DNA from: Candidatus Poribacteria bacterium
GTDB taxonomy: Bacteria; Poribacteria; WGA-4E; WGA-3G
DNA: 64,000 nt
Direction: 5' to 3'
NCBI GenBank assembly: GCA_965116815.1
Contig: OZ220722.1
Location: forward strand, 671,050-735,049
A model generated the notes under the pieces. That model searched no databases. It saw nothing but the letters and a program-made list of their open reading frames with translations, and was not told where the DNA came from. This document shows, one piece after another, positions 19,603 to 27,723 of the stretch; within the stretch, counting starts at the first letter, position 1, and each line of letters begins with the position of its first letter. The position numbers and the translations under genes were made by a program.

Positions 19603-20406
19603 CTATTGTTTCCCCAATAAACCGTTAATGAAGCGGACATCTATACGAGCGAGATCAATGACAGAGTCCACAGGTTCTCCGCTGTATTCACTATGAAAAC
19701 TCACAGGACCTGAGAATTCGATTGTTTGTAGTGTGTTCACTGCCGTTTCCCAGTCAACGAAGCCTTTTCCCATTCGGACAACACTGCCACCACGTGCGCC
19801 GGGTGAGCGTGCTAAATCCTTGAATGCCATAACCGCGAGATGCGATTTGACGATATCGAGTGCCATGTTAATAGGTTCGCCAACGATGGAGAGATGCCCA
19901 GTATCAGCAAAAACGCCGACGTGTTGCGGATCGAAACCCTTTACAAGGTTCATCACCGCGCACGAATTCAAGCCCATGGAAGTGCCAGAATGATTATGGA
20001 TACATGTCCGGGGTCCGTATTGTTCGGAGAGTTTTGCGAATCTGTACAATTGCTGACGGATGAAATCGACCTGTGCCCAGTAACCGCCGTCTTCTGCGTG
20101 CCAGTGCCAGTATCCCAATTTGATATTTTCGACACCTGCTTCACCGGCAGCAGCGAAGACGCGGCGCGTCTCTTCTTGTGCCGGATCGAGAAAATCTCCC
20201 GGTGTTGTGACGAGTGGAATGGACAAACCGGCATCGGTGAACTGCTTTGCGGCGGCAGGTAGTGCGTCCGTCGCGTTTTCTGGGTTCACCGGATAGCCCG
20301 GACGAACACATAGGTCTGCACCACTGACACCTACCGATTGTAACGCGGTAATAATCTCTGGAATTTCTAAACCTTCCAGATGTTTGGTAAACATTATAAA
20401 TTTCAT
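19603..20406 (-). CDS. Sugar phosphate isomerase/epimerase (xylose isomerase-like TIM barrel).
   Basis: MKFIMFTKHLEGLEIPEIITALQSVGVSGADLCVRPGY... is typical of the family. Confidence 0.8.
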   Translation of the reverse strand: MKFIMFTKHLEGLEIPEIITALQSVGVSGADLCVRPGYPVNPENATDALPAAAKQFTDAGLSIPLVTTPGDFLDPAQEETRRVFAAAGEAGVENIKLGYWHWHAEDGGYWAQVDFIRQQLYRFAKLSEQYGPRTCIHNHSGTSMGLNSCAVMNLVKGFDPQHVGVFADTGHLSIVGEPINMALDIVKSHLAVMAFKDLARSPGARGGSVVRMGKGFVDWETAVNTLQTIEFSGPVSFHSEYSGEPVDSVIDLARIDVRFINGLLGKQ

Positions 20407-20416
20407 AGTTTTATTA

Positions 20417-20566
20417 TTCAGTTTTCAGTTTTCAGTCATCGGTTAAGAGGGTTCCGATTGTCCAATATCTTTTGTAAAAGACTGCTTCAATTGGGTAACG
20501 ACCATTACAAAGAGGTGATCAAACATCAGAAACCGGACTGAAAACTGATAACTGATGACTGATAAC
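20417..20566. repeat. Intergenic inverted repeat with arms built from tandem heptamers: CAGTTTT CAGTTTT CAGTCAT...CGGTT, then ~86 nt, then AACCGG ACTGAAA ACTGATA ACTGATG ACTGATA. Related to the element at 1378-1446.
   Basis: Seen directly. 20426-20444 is the reverse complement (with a 2-nt bulge) of 20531-20548. The CTGATAA heptamer is shared with the 1378-1446 element. Confidence 0.45.
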
Positions 20567-20572
20567 TATGTT

Positions 20573-21676
20573 TTACCAATCAACAACGGAGCCGTCGTCG
20601 GGGTGGTATGACGTTGGATTCTGCCAATCGTGGTCAATCTTATCTTCGAGTGCGTCTTCATCCAGTTCGATGCCAAGCCCAGGACCGGTTGGGAGTTCAA
20701 CGAATCCATCTTTAAAGACGAAGGGGTTCTTCAGATACCCTTCACCGAGCGTTGTATGCTCCTGCATCACGAAGTTTGGAATCGACGCATCTAATTGGAT
20801 ACATGCCGCTAAGGAGATGGGACCGAGCGGATTATGCGGTGCGATACCACCATAGTAGGCTTCTGCCATACCGGCAATGATACGCACTTCATTGATACCT
20901 CCGGCGTGACAGAGGTCGGGCTGGAGGATGGATGCCGCCTGTTTCTCTAAGATTTCACGGAACCCCCATTTTGTAAAGACCCGTTCGCCGGTTGCAATCG
21001 GTAGATGAGTGCTCCGCGCGATTTCGGCGAGTGTGTCCACGTTTTGGCACTGAATCGGCTCTTCGATGAACATGGGTTGGTAAGGTTCCAACGCTTTAAT
21101 CAGGACTTTAGCAGTTTGCGGACTGACTGCACCGTGAAAATCAATTGCGAGATCGACTTCTGTGCCTGCGGCTTCGCGCAGTGCTGCGAAGTGATCCACG
21201 GCTTTGTCAATGAAAGCTTTATTTTCGATGATACGTGCAGGTCTGCCGCCTGCGGGACCTGTTTTGAATGCGGTAAACCCTTTATCGATCCACTCTTTGA
21301 TCCCTTCTGGGTCGCCGCCGCCTTTGTAGAGTCTGATGCGGTCGCGCGTCGGTCCACCGAAGAGTTGGTAAACAGGCACGCCGAGCGATTTCCCTGCGAG
21401 GTCCCAAAGTGCCTGCTCTACACCACTCAATGCGCTTGTCAGAATCGGACCGCCGCGATAGAATGCATGGCGATACATCGCCTGCCAGTGGTGGACAACG
21501 CGTCTTGGATCTTCACCGATGAGATAAGGTGCAAGTTCGTCAACGGCTTGCGCACACGTTTTTGCCCGTCCTTCTAAGATCGGCTCACCGAGACCGACTA
21601 ATCCTTCATCTGTGTGGATTTTAAGAAAGAGCCAACGCGGTTGTACCAGAAAAGTTTCCAGTTTTGTTATCTTCAT
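20573..21676 (-). CDS. dgoD: Enolase-superfamily sugar-acid dehydratase, D-galactonate dehydratase (DgoD)/mannonate dehydratase-like.
   Basis: N-terminus MKITKLETFLVQPRWLFLKIHTDEGLVGLGEPILEGRAKT...ALWDLAGKSLGVPVYQLFGG closely follows the E. coli DgoD N-terminal pattern from memory. RBS GAGGAG. Confidence 0.75.
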   Translation of the reverse strand: MKITKLETFLVQPRWLFLKIHTDEGLVGLGEPILEGRAKTCAQAVDELAPYLIGEDPRRVVHHWQAMYRHAFYRGGPILTSALSGVEQALWDLAGKSLGVPVYQLFGGPTRDRIRLYKGGGDPEGIKEWIDKGFTAFKTGPAGGRPARIIENKAFIDKAVDHFAALREAAGTEVDLAIDFHGAVSPQTAKVLIKALEPYQPMFIEEPIQCQNVDTLAEIARSTHLPIATGERVFTKWGFREILEKQAASILQPDLCHAGGINEVRIIAGMAEAYYGGIAPHNPLGPISLAACIQLDASIPNFVMQEHTTLGEGYLKNPFVFKDGFVELPTGPGLGIELDEDALEDKIDHDWQNPTSYHPDDGSVVDW

Positions 21677-21939
21677 TGAGACTCCTCAAATTAGATAGGG
21701 CTTGCAAGCAGCATCCGGCTGCTTGAAACGGATTGTTTTGTGGACTTTAATGTCATGTTACCATTTTCCTTGAATTCTGTCAACAATTATAGTGAATCCT
21801 AAAATATATGGACAGTTGCTCAGTGAAAGAGGGAACACCGAAACAAAAACACCCTCACAATCGCTGGCGAGGATTGTATCCTCGCCTTCCTGCAATGTCC
21901 ACGTAATTGTAGATTTCACTATAATCTCAGTGGTGTATG

Positions 21940-21988
21940 GACATTCAATCCTTCTGTAGGAGCGACCTCCTTGTCGCAATACGCACGC
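21940..21988. repeat. Copy 1 of a ~49-bp repeated element (gacattca...ctgtaggagcgacct...gtcgc.ata...), 240 bp upstream of the first array gene.
   Basis: Seen directly. About 37/49 identity to 35431-35479, with an identical 15-nt core ctgtaggagcgacct. Confidence 0.5.
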
Positions 21989-22227
21989 ATTATATTTCGA
22001 TTTATGCACCATTTCTGCTCCAAAATTGCGTCTATAAATAAATCGTAAAGCGAGGATTTAAATTTAATCCTCTATCAGACTTACATTGTGGTAAACAAGT
22101 TTTTTAAGATTACGTTAAGTGTTGTATCATTCTTGAACCTAAAGAATATCCCTAAGATTGACGTAATCCCCCAAACATGTTATTATCTTTCAAGACTAAC
22201 GGATTTGAAAAAAAGGAGGACTTCACA

Positions 22228-23508
22228 ATGCCCCGTTCTTACTACACTTCTCTTGTGATTTTCGTGCTTCTGTTTACAACATCCCTCCAGAGTGTCGCGA
22301 CGACATTTTCAGGAAGGGTTGTAGACGAAGCCGGGAAACCCGTTTCTGGCATCAAGTTAGCACTTCCCGCATTCAGAGCCGCTACACCCCAAGACCAAGA
22401 TGAACCTGTGTTTATCCTTTCTCAACAGGATGAAACGAATGAGGCAGGTGAATTCCTGATTAGTGACATTGATTCCCCTTCAGTTCAATTGACACTACTT
22501 CCTGTTCATAATTCAGCGTATGAAATTCGCGTTGTCGAAATTGAGGGTGTAGCTTTCTATCCCAATGAACGCCAACGCCGTTTTGGTGGACTCACATTTG
22601 CTATTGCACCGGGAGCGGATGTTAAAGGCGTAAAGGTAATTGTCCGTCCTCGGATGCGGATTCGTGGACGCGTTCTCTCTGTAGACGGTACCCCGCTTCA
22701 AAATTTGCGGGTTGGCATCTCAATAAAAAGTCGTGATGTGGATGGCAGCGGTAGCGGTGGGAGTGCAGGCACAAGAGAGCTTGACCACGATGGTTATTTT
22801 GTGGAGTATGTGAATGACCCTGCCTATTATACTGTTTATGTTAGATATGAGGGACAGTCCGCAGAATCCGAGGAGATACTGCTTAAAGATGGTGAGCGGC
22901 ACGATGACCTCGTTTTGACCCTCGACGGTGCGCCGCCTCCCAAGCCGTTACCGGCAGTGGCTCGCATCCCTGACCCTGTGAGAGTACACTTTAAGGATGA
23001 CGAGAAGATTGCCAGGGAACGCTTTAAAGCCGCAGAGGAACGCAATCGACAAGGTGTATGGGCGATTAATCCTGAAAATCGGCATGCCTACAAAAGGATT
23101 TATTGTGAAACCCGTGAAGATGCGCGCGCCCAAGCTGCTGCCGAAGAGGCGCATCTCGTTGCCATCAACGATGAAGCGGAAGAGAAGTGGCTCCTTGAAG
23201 TTTTTGGAAAAGAATACTTTTGGATTGGACTGGCCGGTGCTTCAAAAGAGGATACTCCGCACTGGGATAACGGCGAACCGGTCACCTACACCAATTGGGC
23301 TTTTCCAGAGAAGATTGCTGCAGGTGAAAAATCGAGGCAAGATGAGGATGTCCATCGGAATTACACGCTCCTCGTAGGATTGACTGGGAAGTGGCAGGAG
23401 ACACGTCAGGATAGTTCCCTCGCACGTATAACTGGACAAGCCATTCTGGAAAAAGAGCGTTTCACCGTTGGATTACCGGAATTAGACGAGGATGTTGAAA
23501 AACGTTAA
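22228..23508 (+). CDS. Array member A1: secreted protein with two carboxypeptidase-regulatory-like beta-sandwich domains and a C-terminal C-type lectin-like domain (CTLD).
   Basis: RBS AAGGAGG. Signal peptide LVIFVLLFTTSLQSVA. SGRVVDEAGKPVSGIKL and RMRIRGRVLSVDGTPLQN are CarbopepD_reg-like. CTLD motifs HAYKRIYCETREDARAQAAAEEAHLVAINDEAEEKWL, WIGLAG, HWDNGEPVTYTNW. Confidence 0.8.
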   Translation: MPRSYYTSLVIFVLLFTTSLQSVATTFSGRVVDEAGKPVSGIKLALPAFRAATPQDQDEPVFILSQQDETNEAGEFLISDIDSPSVQLTLLPVHNSAYEIRVVEIEGVAFYPNERQRRFGGLTFAIAPGADVKGVKVIVRPRMRIRGRVLSVDGTPLQNLRVGISIKSRDVDGSGSGGSAGTRELDHDGYFVEYVNDPAYYTVYVRYEGQSAESEEILLKDGERHDDLVLTLDGAPPPKPLPAVARIPDPVRVHFKDDEKIARERFKAAEERNRQGVWAINPENRHAYKRIYCETREDARAQAAAEEAHLVAINDEAEEKWLLEVFGKEYFWIGLAGASKEDTPHWDNGEPVTYTNWAFPEKIAAGEKSRQDEDVHRNYTLLVGLTGKWQETRQDSSLARITGQAILEKERFTVGLPELDEDVEKR

Positions 23509-23536
23509 GTGCCCTAAAACGCAAGGAGGTGTTGAC

Positions 23537-24823
23537 ATGAACCGTACCTATATGACATCAAAGTTAGCCGTACTTGTATTGATGCTTTTGTCTGTTATAA
23601 CAGGTATTGCTGCAGCGGAAGAGATGCTTAGTGGATTTTCAGGGAAAGTTGTTGATTTGGAGGGGAAGGGTGTTGCTAACTTTACATTCGCCATTCAACC
23701 TATGCGATTACACAACGGCTCTCTGGTGCCAGATGATGAATTTATGCCGTGGCGAGCTGATTCAACGGGTGCTTTCACTGTCAGGGACATCCAGCTACGT
23801 CTGATTCAATTAAGCGCACTTCCCGACATCCCGCTGGATGTGTTCGATCCGGAGAAAGGGAAGATTCCGTTGGAATTTAGGTATCGCAGAATTGAGTCGG
23901 ATAAGAAAATCATCTCTATTCAAATAGGGGCGGTCACCCTCTTTAATATGGGTGATCCGGACTTTTATGAGGGACTCACGTTTGCCCTCAAACCCGGTGA
24001 GAATATTGAAAACGTTAAGGTTATTGTCAAACCGAGGCTTCGGATTCGTGGACGAGTTGTTTATGCCGATGGCGCGCCCCTCGCCAACGCCGGATTAGAT
24101 TTTGACATGGAATGGCGACATGAGACCCGTCTGAATCATAGTGGGAACAGCGGGGCACACCCTTTTACGGATGCCGATGGATACTTTGTCCAATATGTAG
24201 ATAAACCGGGGTTTTACACACTGTCCGTGGAACATAATGATCTTTCTGCAGGCGCAGGTCCCTTTCTGATCAAAGATGATGTGCAACCTGAGGAAATTGT
24301 CTTTACACTTGAAGGTAAGCCGGATGTTGTCGAACTGCCTCCCCCGAAGATTAAAGCCTCCGGTAAAATAAAATTCCAAGAACCATCCACGCCACCAGCG
24401 AAAGGTGTGTGGGTAATTAATCCTGCGAATGGACACGCTTACAAAAGGATTCAGTGTGAGGATTGGCACGATGCCCAGCGCAAGGCAGTTGAGGAAAGGG
24501 CTCACCTTGTCTCAATCAACGATGAATCGGAACAACACTGGGTTCAGGTAATTTTCGGAGGGGACCCTTTTTGGATCGGACTTACGGATGCGAAAAAAGA
24601 GGGTGAGTGGCAATGGGATAGCGGTGAACCCGTCACTTACACTAATTGGGTGGTCCATCCGATCCTCCGTGATAAATCTCCGGACACCGAGAAAGACTAT
24701 GTTGTGTTCACCTTTATCAGAGGAGAGTGGCAAGCTATCAGTCTCAAGAGCCTGTTATGGGCGGAAATCGCAAAACAGGCAGTCATCGAAAAGGACGGAT
24801 TGGTTTCTACTATCGATGAGTAG
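23537..24823 (+). CDS. Array member A2: same architecture (signal peptide, 2x CarbopepD_reg-like, CTLD).
   Basis: RBS AAGGAGG. FSGKVVDLEGKGVANF, LRIRGRVVYADGAPLAN. CTLD HAYKRIQCEDWHDAQRKAVEERAHLVSINDESEQHW, WIGLTDAKKEGEWQWDSGEPVTYTNW. Confidence 0.8.
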   Translation: MNRTYMTSKLAVLVLMLLSVITGIAAAEEMLSGFSGKVVDLEGKGVANFTFAIQPMRLHNGSLVPDDEFMPWRADSTGAFTVRDIQLRLIQLSALPDIPLDVFDPEKGKIPLEFRYRRIESDKKIISIQIGAVTLFNMGDPDFYEGLTFALKPGENIENVKVIVKPRLRIRGRVVYADGAPLANAGLDFDMEWRHETRLNHSGNSGAHPFTDADGYFVQYVDKPGFYTLSVEHNDLSAGAGPFLIKDDVQPEEIVFTLEGKPDVVELPPPKIKASGKIKFQEPSTPPAKGVWVINPANGHAYKRIQCEDWHDAQRKAVEERAHLVSINDESEQHWVQVIFGGDPFWIGLTDAKKEGEWQWDSGEPVTYTNWVVHPILRDKSPDTEKDYVVFTFIRGEWQAISLKSLLWAEIAKQAVIEKDGLVSTIDE

Positions 24824-24898
24824 GGCCTAATACTGTAGAAAAAGGCGACCTTGTCTTGTAAGCGCGTATAGTGAGCTCAAACCAGAGGGGATAGAAAA

Positions 24899-26158
24899 AT
24901 GACACGTCTGTATTTCGGAAAGAGAATTCTCACATTTTTTATCGGAATTGTCGCACTTTTCCTTTTAAGTGCGTCGGAGAGCGGCGCACAGAACGATGTG
25001 TTGACCACACTCTCCGGTCGCGTTATTGATGCAGCTGGACAGCCAATTGCCGGACTTACGGTAGCTATTGTTCCTGTCCAAGACGGTCATGGCGCATGGT
25101 TTCCAATTGAGTTTGAGGTCGAAGAAGGTGGACGGCAAGGCGATCCGATGGCGTTCCAAGGGGAAACCGATGCAGCAGGACGTTTCGTCATTACCGATGC
25201 CATTGTTGGTCCCGTGTTGTTAGGGTTGTTTCCGTATAATGGGCCGGAGATGGAAATTTTGAATGTCCAAATCGGCGATATGTTTCTCTATGCGCCTAAA
25301 GAATCGTGGGGACGTGGCGTTATATTTTCTGTGGAGCCGGGTAAGCGCATTGAAGACCTTGAGGTCACAGTGCAGCCTTTTCTACAACTCCGGGCGAAAG
25401 TTCTAAGGATGGACGGGAGTCCACTCGCCAATGCACAACGTATCAGGGTCGGGTTAAGGCGACTCAGTTTAGATGGAGAATACGATGGTAGTGGGAGATG
25501 GAACGCGGAGACGGATGACGAAGGAAACTTTGCACGATATATGACAAGATATATGAATGGTCCCATATTTTACTTCATGTCTGTGACATATCAGGAGCAT
25601 CAAGCGCAGTTAGATCCAATTGTGGTCAAACCCGAAGATCTAATTCAGGAGGTGGTCTTCACTTTCGAGGTCCCACTGCCCCCTGATATACCCCAGAACG
25701 CTCCTCGCGGTTTTCATGCTGGCGCGCCAGCGCGATTTGGTGGCGGGCTTAACGCGAAAGGTGTATGGGTTATCAATCCAGCAAATGGTCACGCCTACAA
25801 AAAAATCCGTTTTAACGGCGTGGAAGATGCTATTGCGCAAGCAGCCAAGGAAGATGCTTATCTCGTCACGATTAACGATGAAGCGGAACAAAACTGGTTG
25901 GATCAAGTTTTTGTTGCACATCGCGCTTTAATTGGGCTTAGTGATGTTGAAGAAGAGGGGCAGTGGCAATGGCATAGTGGGGAACCCGTCACATATACAA
26001 ATTGGGCAATGTATGAACCACAGGATACCGACAAAGGCGATGAAGATTATGTCATCCTGTTCGCCGACCAGTGGGTGGACGTTGGTCCCGGAGATGTCCA
26101 ATGGCGTTTTATTCAGTCCGCACTCCTTGAAAAAGAAGAAGCGTCTCTAAAGAAGTAA
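24899..26158 (+). CDS. Array member A3: same architecture.
   Basis: Signal peptide ending SGAQ. LSGRVIDAAGQPIAGLTV. CTLD HAYKKIRFNGVEDAIAQAAKEDAYLVTINDEAEQNWL...LIGLSDVEEEGQWQWHSGEPVTYTNW. Confidence 0.8.
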   Translation: MTRLYFGKRILTFFIGIVALFLLSASESGAQNDVLTTLSGRVIDAAGQPIAGLTVAIVPVQDGHGAWFPIEFEVEEGGRQGDPMAFQGETDAAGRFVITDAIVGPVLLGLFPYNGPEMEILNVQIGDMFLYAPKESWGRGVIFSVEPGKRIEDLEVTVQPFLQLRAKVLRMDGSPLANAQRIRVGLRRLSLDGEYDGSGRWNAETDDEGNFARYMTRYMNGPIFYFMSVTYQEHQAQLDPIVVKPEDLIQEVVFTFEVPLPPDIPQNAPRGFHAGAPARFGGGLNAKGVWVINPANGHAYKKIRFNGVEDAIAQAAKEDAYLVTINDEAEQNWLDQVFVAHRALIGLSDVEEEGQWQWHSGEPVTYTNWAMYEPQDTDKGDEDYVILFADQWVDVGPGDVQWRFIQSALLEKEEASLKK

Positions 26159-26176
26159 ACCCTAAAGGAGAAAACC

Positions 26177-27607
26177 ATGAAATGTTCGGAGTCTAAAAGG
26201 CACGTTTTGTTATTTTTGATGGTGATAGTCGCACTTTTTATCGGTTTCATTTCGCACGCTGTTGCGCAGAAAGATACGGGGAGCGTTACCGGACGCGTTG
26301 TCGATCTGAGTGGAAACCCAGTTGTCGAGTTACCGATATTTATTGCTCCTCTTTATGTTGATGGCACTGGATACATGCGGACAGTAATTTTACCGTATGA
26401 GCACGCACAGTTGCGCCGTGCACGCACAGACCGAGAAGGTCGATTTTCCGTAACGGATGTCCCCTCGGGTCCTGTGTACATCGGTGCCCTTCCGGACGAC
26501 ATAGATAAACGCCTGCCTGAAGACTTTGAAAGGGTTGTAGATGAGTTCACATCCGGCAGAGATTGGGGGAAGACCACAGCAGACGAGATAGAGGCATTCG
26601 ATTCCAGTAACTTCGGCATGACTTCAGAGGATTTTGAGCCAGACGTTGAAATTTTGTTCATTCGCGTCCAAGGATTAACCCTATACCCGCGTACCGATTT
26701 TGTTGAAATCGCGTTCGGTCTCAAATCCGGCGCGCTTATGAAGGATATGGAAGTCACAGTGCAACCTCGGATGCGAGTTCGCGGACGCGTCCTTTTCAAA
26801 GACGGAACACCACTTGCCAATACACGCGTCGGCCTCTACACTCATGCTCGTACTGTAAGTGGCGGCTCCATCGGCTCCGGTGGAAATTTATGGACGGACA
26901 CTGACGGCTATTTTGTTTATTATATAGATGAGAAGGATGATGCTGCGTTCTACACGTTTTCTGTGGAATACCAAGATCTTGTGGTAGAGGCTGAGCCGAT
27001 TCGCCTTGATCCAGGAGACCGGTTCGATGGGTTGACATTGACGTTTGATAGCGAACCGATTCCACCCAACCAACTGCCTCAAAAAATCGAAACTGACGAG
27101 TTGGAACCGCTTTCACCCGCATGGGAAGTCCCGTCAGTACCAACAGCATCTCATGACGTGTGGGTCGTCAATCCCGAAAATGGACACGCCTATAAAAGGG
27201 TTCACTGCGAAACTCGCGATGATGCGATTGCCCAGGCAACCGAAGAGAAGGCGCATCTCGTCGCGATTAATGACGCTGCGGAGCAGGCATGGTTGGAAGC
27301 GGTTTTTGGACACAAGTTCTATTGGATCGGACTCAGCCGCGTTCCTACAACAGGGACACTTTCTAAGCGAGCAAAAAAATGGTGGCAATGGGATAACGGC
27401 GATCCTATCACCTATGCCAACTGGTTACCCAATGAGTTCTTTTCTGAATCCTTGGATGCCAGTGAAAGAGACTATGCCGTCATGACGCTCTCTGATGGAA
27501 AGTGGTATGCGGTGAATCCCGACAGTGTTATCTGGGATATGACGGAGATGGCGATCCTTGAAAAAGCAGATGTACTTGACAATCCATCCGCTGCAGAAAG
27601 ACGATGA
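26177..27607 (+). CDS. Array member A4: same architecture, with a longer linker.
   Basis: RBS AAAGGAG. VTGRVVDLSGNPV, RMRVRGRVLFKDGTPLANTRV. CTLD HAYKRVHCETRDDAIAQATEEKAHLVAINDAAEQAWL...WIGLSRV...WWQWDNGDPITYANW. Confidence 0.8.
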   Translation: MKCSESKRHVLLFLMVIVALFIGFISHAVAQKDTGSVTGRVVDLSGNPVVELPIFIAPLYVDGTGYMRTVILPYEHAQLRRARTDREGRFSVTDVPSGPVYIGALPDDIDKRLPEDFERVVDEFTSGRDWGKTTADEIEAFDSSNFGMTSEDFEPDVEILFIRVQGLTLYPRTDFVEIAFGLKSGALMKDMEVTVQPRMRVRGRVLFKDGTPLANTRVGLYTHARTVSGGSIGSGGNLWTDTDGYFVYYIDEKDDAAFYTFSVEYQDLVVEAEPIRLDPGDRFDGLTLTFDSEPIPPNQLPQKIETDELEPLSPAWEVPSVPTASHDVWVVNPENGHAYKRVHCETRDDAIAQATEEKAHLVAINDAAEQAWLEAVFGHKFYWIGLSRVPTTGTLSKRAKKWWQWDNGDPITYANWLPNEFFSESLDASERDYAVMTLSDGKWYAVNPDSVIWDMTEMAILEKADVLDNPSAAERR

Positions 27608-27723
27608 ACACGACACATAACACCTTATTGCTTTTTTTATATCAACACCCTCGTATTTTTGGCAAAATTATGCACCAGTTTTACACCTCATAAGCGTCAC
27701 TATAGGGCAATCGGAGGTAATTC

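Noticed and set aside
21758-22012. 84-aa ORF in the intergenic region upstream of the array
   Set aside because: No RBS and an implausible sequence. The region carries the repeat element and AT-rich promoter-like DNA instead.
27608-27723. ECF-type promoter (GGAAC-N16-CGTC) upstream of the sigma-fusion gene
   Set aside because: A CGTC is present (aagcgtcact), but there is no AAC-type -35 at the right spacing. I could not support an autoregulated ECF promoter from sequence alone.
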